Of a DNA stretch of 64,000 bases, positions 59,240 to 64,000 are shown one piece after another. Location: contig JAGWKL010000001.1 in assembly GCA_028865345.1 (NCBI GenBank), positions 235,098 to 299,097 of the forward strand, read 5' to 3'. How positions within the stretch are numbered: position 1 is the stretch's first letter; the number at the start of each line of letters is the position of its first letter. Below the pieces are notes generated by a model that searched no databases, was not told where the DNA came from, and was given only the letters and a program-made list of their open reading frames with translations. Both the position numbers and the translations under genes were made by a program. Origin of the DNA: Candidatus Omnitrophota bacterium (lineage in GTDB: Bacteria > Omnitrophota > Gorgyraeia > Zapsychrales > Fredricksoniimonadaceae).

Positions 59240-60964
59240 TTAATGATACGAACCAGAATGATTAATGATGTAAACCTCCTCAGGTTCCGGGAACGGGCCG
59301 CCGTTGGCCGACGGTTTCAGGTTGCCGAATTTATTGCGCACGGCGTACATGTCCGCGTCCAGGACCGTATAAATGACCGGCAGTTCGTCAGCCACAATGC
59401 GCTGCCACTCGTCGTAAAGGACTTTACGTTTGCTCTCATTAAGCTCTTGGGCGCCCTGGTCGAAAATTTCATCGATACGCTTTTCCCACGGGGTCGCAGG
59501 TTTAGCTTCATGCGGGTCCCACAAATGCAGGCCTCCGGACGAATACCAGACGTTCTGGCCGAAATGCGGCTCCACCCCTCCGGTCAGCCCTATCATCACC
59601 ATGTCCCAATCAAAGGAGTCCATCAGTTTATTGACCAGGGTGTTGAATTCCACGGGCACCAAATTGACCTTCATGCCCAGCCTTTCCAGATCAGAACGGA
59701 TGATGGCCGCCATCTGCTGGCGGCCATTGGCGCCGGTCGTGGCCGTATCAAAATTAAATTCCACCACATGGCCTTTCGAGTCTACAAGGGTCCTCCCGTG
59801 GTCGATATATCTAAAACCGGCATTCTCGAGGATCCTGCGCGCTTCCTTTAAATTGTAATCATAGGTCTTCACGTCAGGATCATAAAAAAAACCGCTGCTG
59901 GGGCTCATGGGGCCGTTTTGAGGGTAACCGAAGCCGTTGTCGATGATCTCGATGATCCTCTTTTTATCAATGGCGTGCGCCACGGCCCGGCGGAAGCTCA
60001 GATTGGTAAACCAGGACAATTTGACCGGGTCCACAAAAGGTCTATGCGTATCGGGGTTGATGCCGCGATTCTGGTTGAAAACCACAAAATTACTGTCATA
60101 CGCGGGCCCGGCGTCATAAATATGAAAATTTTTGCCCTTTTCCATGGGCTCGAGCAAAGGATAATCCTCCCCGGAAACGGCAATCGCGTCCAACTCCCCG
60201 TCGATAAATTTCAACAGTTGGGCCTGCGGGTCCGGAATGATCACATAAATGATCTTGTCCAGGTAGGGAAGCCTGTCGCCCTGTGGGGACCTTTTCCAAT
60301 AATAAGGATTGCGCGTGAATACCAGCCTCTCGCCGGGCCGGTACTCGCTTAAGCAAAACGGGCCTGTGCCCACGATCAAACGTGGTGGCGTATCGATGCC
60401 CCAGGTGAAGGGGAATTTCTTTTCTTTGACCGCCTGCCACAAGCAGTGCCTGGGCATGATGGGCTGGGACAGGCTGCGCAAAAAGGGCGCGAATTTGACC
60501 GGCAGGACAAAACGCACCGTGTAACGGTCTATTTTTTCGACCTTGATGGGCTTGCCGTCGATGGTGAGGACATCCTTGGACGAGGACGGGATGCCGGGAT
60601 TATAGATCAGGTCATTGAACGTGAATACCACGTCATCCGCGCTGAAAGGCACCCCGTCGGACCACCGGACGTCTTTTCTTAAATGAAAGGTCCACGTCAA
60701 GCCGTCGGGGCTGATCGTCCAGGAGCGGGCCAGTTGGGGAACGACTTTTAAGGTATACGGGTCTGCGGTGGTCAAGCCTTCGAAAATGAGCGACGTCATT
60801 GCAGCCGAATTGGCGTCCGTGGAAACAATTTCATTGAAGGTTTTAGGATCGGAAGACGCGGCCAAGACCAGACTGCCGCCGTAACGGCTTGCGGCGGCAT
60901 GGGCATTGGAGATCATGCCCGCGCATAAAAAACAAAAAATAAAGAATAATTTATTCTTCGGCAT
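59240..60964 (-). CDS. ABC transporter substrate-binding protein, family 5 (peptide/nickel)
   Basis: Signal peptide, 574 aa, SBP_bac_5-like; first gene of the ABC operon. Confidence 0.85.
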   Translation of the reverse strand: MPKNKLFFIFCFLCAGMISNAHAAASRYGGSLVLAASSDPKTFNEIVSTDANSAAMTSLIFEGLTTADPYTLKVVPQLARSWTISPDGLTWTFHLRKDVRWSDGVPFSADDVVFTFNDLIYNPGIPSSSKDVLTIDGKPIKVEKIDRYTVRFVLPVKFAPFLRSLSQPIMPRHCLWQAVKEKKFPFTWGIDTPPRLIVGTGPFCLSEYRPGERLVFTRNPYYWKRSPQGDRLPYLDKIIYVIIPDPQAQLLKFIDGELDAIAVSGEDYPLLEPMEKGKNFHIYDAGPAYDSNFVVFNQNRGINPDTHRPFVDPVKLSWFTNLSFRRAVAHAIDKKRIIEIIDNGFGYPQNGPMSPSSGFFYDPDVKTYDYNLKEARRILENAGFRYIDHGRTLVDSKGHVVEFNFDTATTGANGRQQMAAIIRSDLERLGMKVNLVPVEFNTLVNKLMDSFDWDMVMIGLTGGVEPHFGQNVWYSSGGLHLWDPHEAKPATPWEKRIDEIFDQGAQELNESKRKVLYDEWQRIVADELPVIYTVLDADMYAVRNKFGNLKPSANGGPFPEPEEVYIINHSGSYH

Positions 60965-61295
60965 TCGTCAGGGGTCTAGGAGTTCCCACCTTGACATGAG
61001 GAGCATTTTCGGTCGCCGCCGGCGTATCGGGTACTGTGGACAAAAGTTTTTTATTGGACATGAGCGATCCATTGCCTCTGGAGGATGTAAAGGCCAGGAA
61101 CAAAGACGTGCTTAAAAAAACCACGGCCAGGACCGTTGTCACGCGCACCATAAGAGAATTAGTTTGCGTGCCGAACATGGATTCCGCGGACTGGAAGGTT
61201 TCGGTCAGTCCCCCGCCGCGGCCTGCCTGCATCAGGATGGCGACGACCAGAAATATGCAGGTCAGAACATGTATGACAAGAACAAAGGTAATCAT
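60951..61295 (-). CDS. secG: Preprotein translocase subunit SecG
   Basis: 'FLVVAILMQAGRGGGL' SecG motif, two TM. Confidence 0.8.
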   Translation of the reverse strand: MITFVLVIHVLTCIFLVVAILMQAGRGGGLTETFQSAESMFGTQTNSLMVRVTTVLAVVFLSTSLFLAFTSSRGNGSLMSNKKLLSTVPDTPAATENAPHVKVGTPRPLTNAEE

Positions 61296-61306
61296 GAATT
61301 AAACTC

Positions 61307-62077
61307 CTATTTTTGGGCGCCCTTGACGATGGCGGCGAAAGAAGGCGCTTTCAGGCTTGCCCCTCCCACCAATGCACCGTCGATGTCGGGCTGGGCCATC
61401 AGGGCGGCAATGTTATCCGGGGTGACGCTTCCGCCGTATTGGATGCGTACATGGCCTGCTGTCCCCTCGTCAAATGTCCTGGCCAGCCATTGGCGGATAA
61501 ACGCATGCACTTCCTGGGCTTGGGCAGGGGTGGCGGTTTTTCCGGTCCCAATCGCCCACACAGGTTCATAGGCCAGGACGACTTTTTTCATTTCCTCCGC
61601 CGACAACCCCTTCAGGGAGCCTTCGCAATGGTCCTTGATGATATCAAAAGTTTGATTGGCCTCGCGCTGGGCCAAGTTTTCACCGACGCAGACGATGGGG
61701 TTCAATCCATGCTTTAATGCCGCGCGCAGGCGCTTGGAGACTGTCTCATTGGTTTCATGGAAATACTGGCGACGTTCCGAATGGCCGATGATCACATAGG
61801 CGACACCCAGATCCTTAAGCATGGGAGCGGAAATTTCTCCCGTAAAAGCGCCGGCGTCCTCCCAAAACAGGTTCTGGGCGCCTAAGGCGATATTATGATC
61901 GATCAAAGCCTCCTTAACATCCGCCAAATCAATAAAAGGAGGGCAAAGAACAATATCAACACCTTCAACATCCACCAACTCCCGCTTTAATTCGTCGGTA
62001 AGCAAAATGGCCTCGTGCGGCGTTTTGTTCAATTTCCAGTTGCCTGCAATGATGGGTTTTCTCATATTATTTATCAT
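61307..62077 (-). CDS. tpiA: Triosephosphate isomerase
   Basis: '[11 protein letters not shown]', '[11 protein letters not shown]' catalytic Glu motif. Confidence 0.9.
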   Translation of the reverse strand: MINNMRKPIIAGNWKLNKTPHEAILLTDELKRELVDVEGVDIVLCPPFIDLADVKEALIDHNIALGAQNLFWEDAGAFTGEISAPMLKDLGVAYVIIGHSERRQYFHETNETVSKRLRAALKHGLNPIVCVGENLAQREANQTFDIIKDHCEGSLKGLSAEEMKKVVLAYEPVWAIGTGKTATPAQAQEVHAFIRQWLARTFDEGTAGHVRIQYGGSVTPDNIAALMAQPDIDGALVGGASLKAPSFAAIVKGAQK

Positions 62078-63248
62078 TCAATGCCGCGATGCCCGGCAAT
62101 TCCTTTCCTTCCAAGAATTCCAATGAAGCGCCGCCCCCGGTGGAAATATGGGTCATTTTATCTTCCAGCCCGAATTTGGCCACGGCCGCCGCGGAATCAC
62201 CGCCGCCGATGATGACGGTCACATCTTTTAAGCAAGCCAGATAATCGGCAATGGCGCGGGTGCCCTTGGCGTACGCATCGCGCTCAAAGACCCCCAAAGG
62301 ACCGTTCCACACGACGGTCTTGGCCGAAGACAGGATCTGTTCATAACGCTTGATGGTCTTGGGACCGATGTCCAGGCTCTGCCAGCCGTCGGGGATCGTG
62401 TCCGAAATTTTGCACTCATCGCTGGCAAAATCCTGCGTGATGACAAAATCCGTGGTCAACACAAACTCAACACCCGCCTTTTTGGCCTGCTCCATCAACT
62501 CACGGGCCATGTCGACCTTGTCCTTCTCCAATTTAGAATTGCCGACATTGACGCCCTGGGCCTTTAAAAAAGTATAGGCCATGCCGCCGCCGATGATGAG
62601 GCTGTTAGCCTTGGGGATCAAATTTTTGATAAGCTGGATCTTGTCCGAGACCTTGGCCCCGCCTAAGATGATGACCAGGGGGCGTTTGGGATCATTGATG
62701 GCATTGCCCAAATACTGCAATTCCTTTTCGATCAAAAATCCAGCCACCGACGGCAAATAAGCGGTTATCCCCGCGGTCGAAGCATGGGCGCGGTGCGCGG
62801 TGCCGAAGGCGTCATTAACATAAACATCCGCCAGAGAAGCTAATTCCTTGGCAAAGCCGGCATCGTTTTTTTCTTCTTCTTTATGAAAACGCAGGTTTTC
62901 CAGAAGAACCACCCGTTCGGCGGATTTGGCTATTGACTCTTTGACCGCCTGTCCCGCACAGTCATTTAAGAACAGCACCTTCTCTTTTAACAGCTCCTGC
63001 AAGCGTTTGGCCACCGGCAAAAGTGAAAAACTCTTTTCAAAGCCCGTGCCCTTGGGACGGCCCAAATGGCTCATCAGAATGACCTTGGAGACACCGTGGC
63101 CCAAGGCGTATTGAATAGTCGGTAAAGCCCCTGTTATGCGGCGCTCATCCGTGATATTAAAATTCTCATCCAGGGGCACATTGAAATCGACCCGGATAAT
63201 GATCTTTTTTCCTTTAATGTCAATGTCTCTGATCGTCTTTTTCTGCAT
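62067..63248 (-). CDS. pgk: Phosphoglycerate kinase
   Basis: 'RVDFNVP' N-domain and 'GGGASLE' C-domain motifs. Confidence 0.9.
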   Translation of the reverse strand: MQKKTIRDIDIKGKKIIIRVDFNVPLDENFNITDERRITGALPTIQYALGHGVSKVILMSHLGRPKGTGFEKSFSLLPVAKRLQELLKEKVLFLNDCAGQAVKESIAKSAERVVLLENLRFHKEEEKNDAGFAKELASLADVYVNDAFGTAHRAHASTAGITAYLPSVAGFLIEKELQYLGNAINDPKRPLVIILGGAKVSDKIQLIKNLIPKANSLIIGGGMAYTFLKAQGVNVGNSKLEKDKVDMARELMEQAKKAGVEFVLTTDFVITQDFASDECKISDTIPDGWQSLDIGPKTIKRYEQILSSAKTVVWNGPLGVFERDAYAKGTRAIADYLACLKDVTVIIGGGDSAAAVAKFGLEDKMTHISTGGGASLEFLEGKELPGIAALNDK

Positions 63249-63313
63249 ACCTTACTCCCTTCCCGCCGCTTCTTTAATTAAAAAGAAGTATTATAACCAA
63301 GCCTCTTGTTTTG

Positions 63314-64000
<687 letters not shown>

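Overview
This 64 kb window is a gene-dense chromosomal segment from a Gram-negative (diderm) bacterium with roughly 50% GC. The diderm call rests on LpxD, a TolC-like outer membrane factor, an AsmA-family protein, a secretin-domain protein, a beta-barrel protein ending in Phe and prepilin genes. All calls are by eye from the supplied ORF translations and raw sequence; no searches were run.

Core content, in order along the window:
- Start of window: a DUF81/DUF1634 membrane pair.
- A long minus-strand stress/efflux run: aquaporin, ArsR, TolC-like OMF, RND pump (no adaptor gene), DUF2892, a small Cys-motif membrane protein, a YeiH-like protein, periplasmic Tpx and a tandem-receiver response regulator.
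- PilZ and HtrA-like proteins, then an HxlR-GST pair, an MFS transporter, and pncB-pncA (NAD salvage).
- An arsenic module headed by a DUF134/UPF0251 DNA-binding protein (DUF134 - ACR3 - ArsC) rather than ArsR.
- An SDR, an ABC-2 transporter pair, an ABC-F ATPase, and an ADH-cupin module.
- A low-coding 'dark' stretch with small SD-led ORFs and a His-rich secreted protein.
- Hemolysin III, lpxD, infA, rpoZ and csp.
- A tRNA-His/tRNA-Arg locus flanked by a low-GC BrnT/BrnA toxin-antitoxin pair, a deleted cupin pseudogene, an AKR and HxlR.
- tRNA-Pro immediately upstream of ptsP (GAF-EI), then AsmA.
- One long minus-strand run: rsmB-like - secretin-like - amiC - murI - queDCEF - rph - rdgB.
- tag, an OMP, a CheY-like response regulator, a prepilin, fabV and glgC.
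- A translationally coupled Dpp/Opp-type ABC importer operon carrying two extra paralogous polytopic membrane proteins (one with C-terminal TPRs), interrupted by a ~370 bp GIY-YIG mini-element with ~30 bp terminal inverted repeats.
- secG-tpiA-pgk and a partial fcl at the window end.

Three tRNAs (His-GTG with encoded G-1, Arg-TCT, Pro-TGG) were folded by hand. No CRISPR array or rRNA was found.

The most system-like candidate is the ABC importer operon with the two embedded GT-C-like membrane paralogs and the GIY-YIG insertion.
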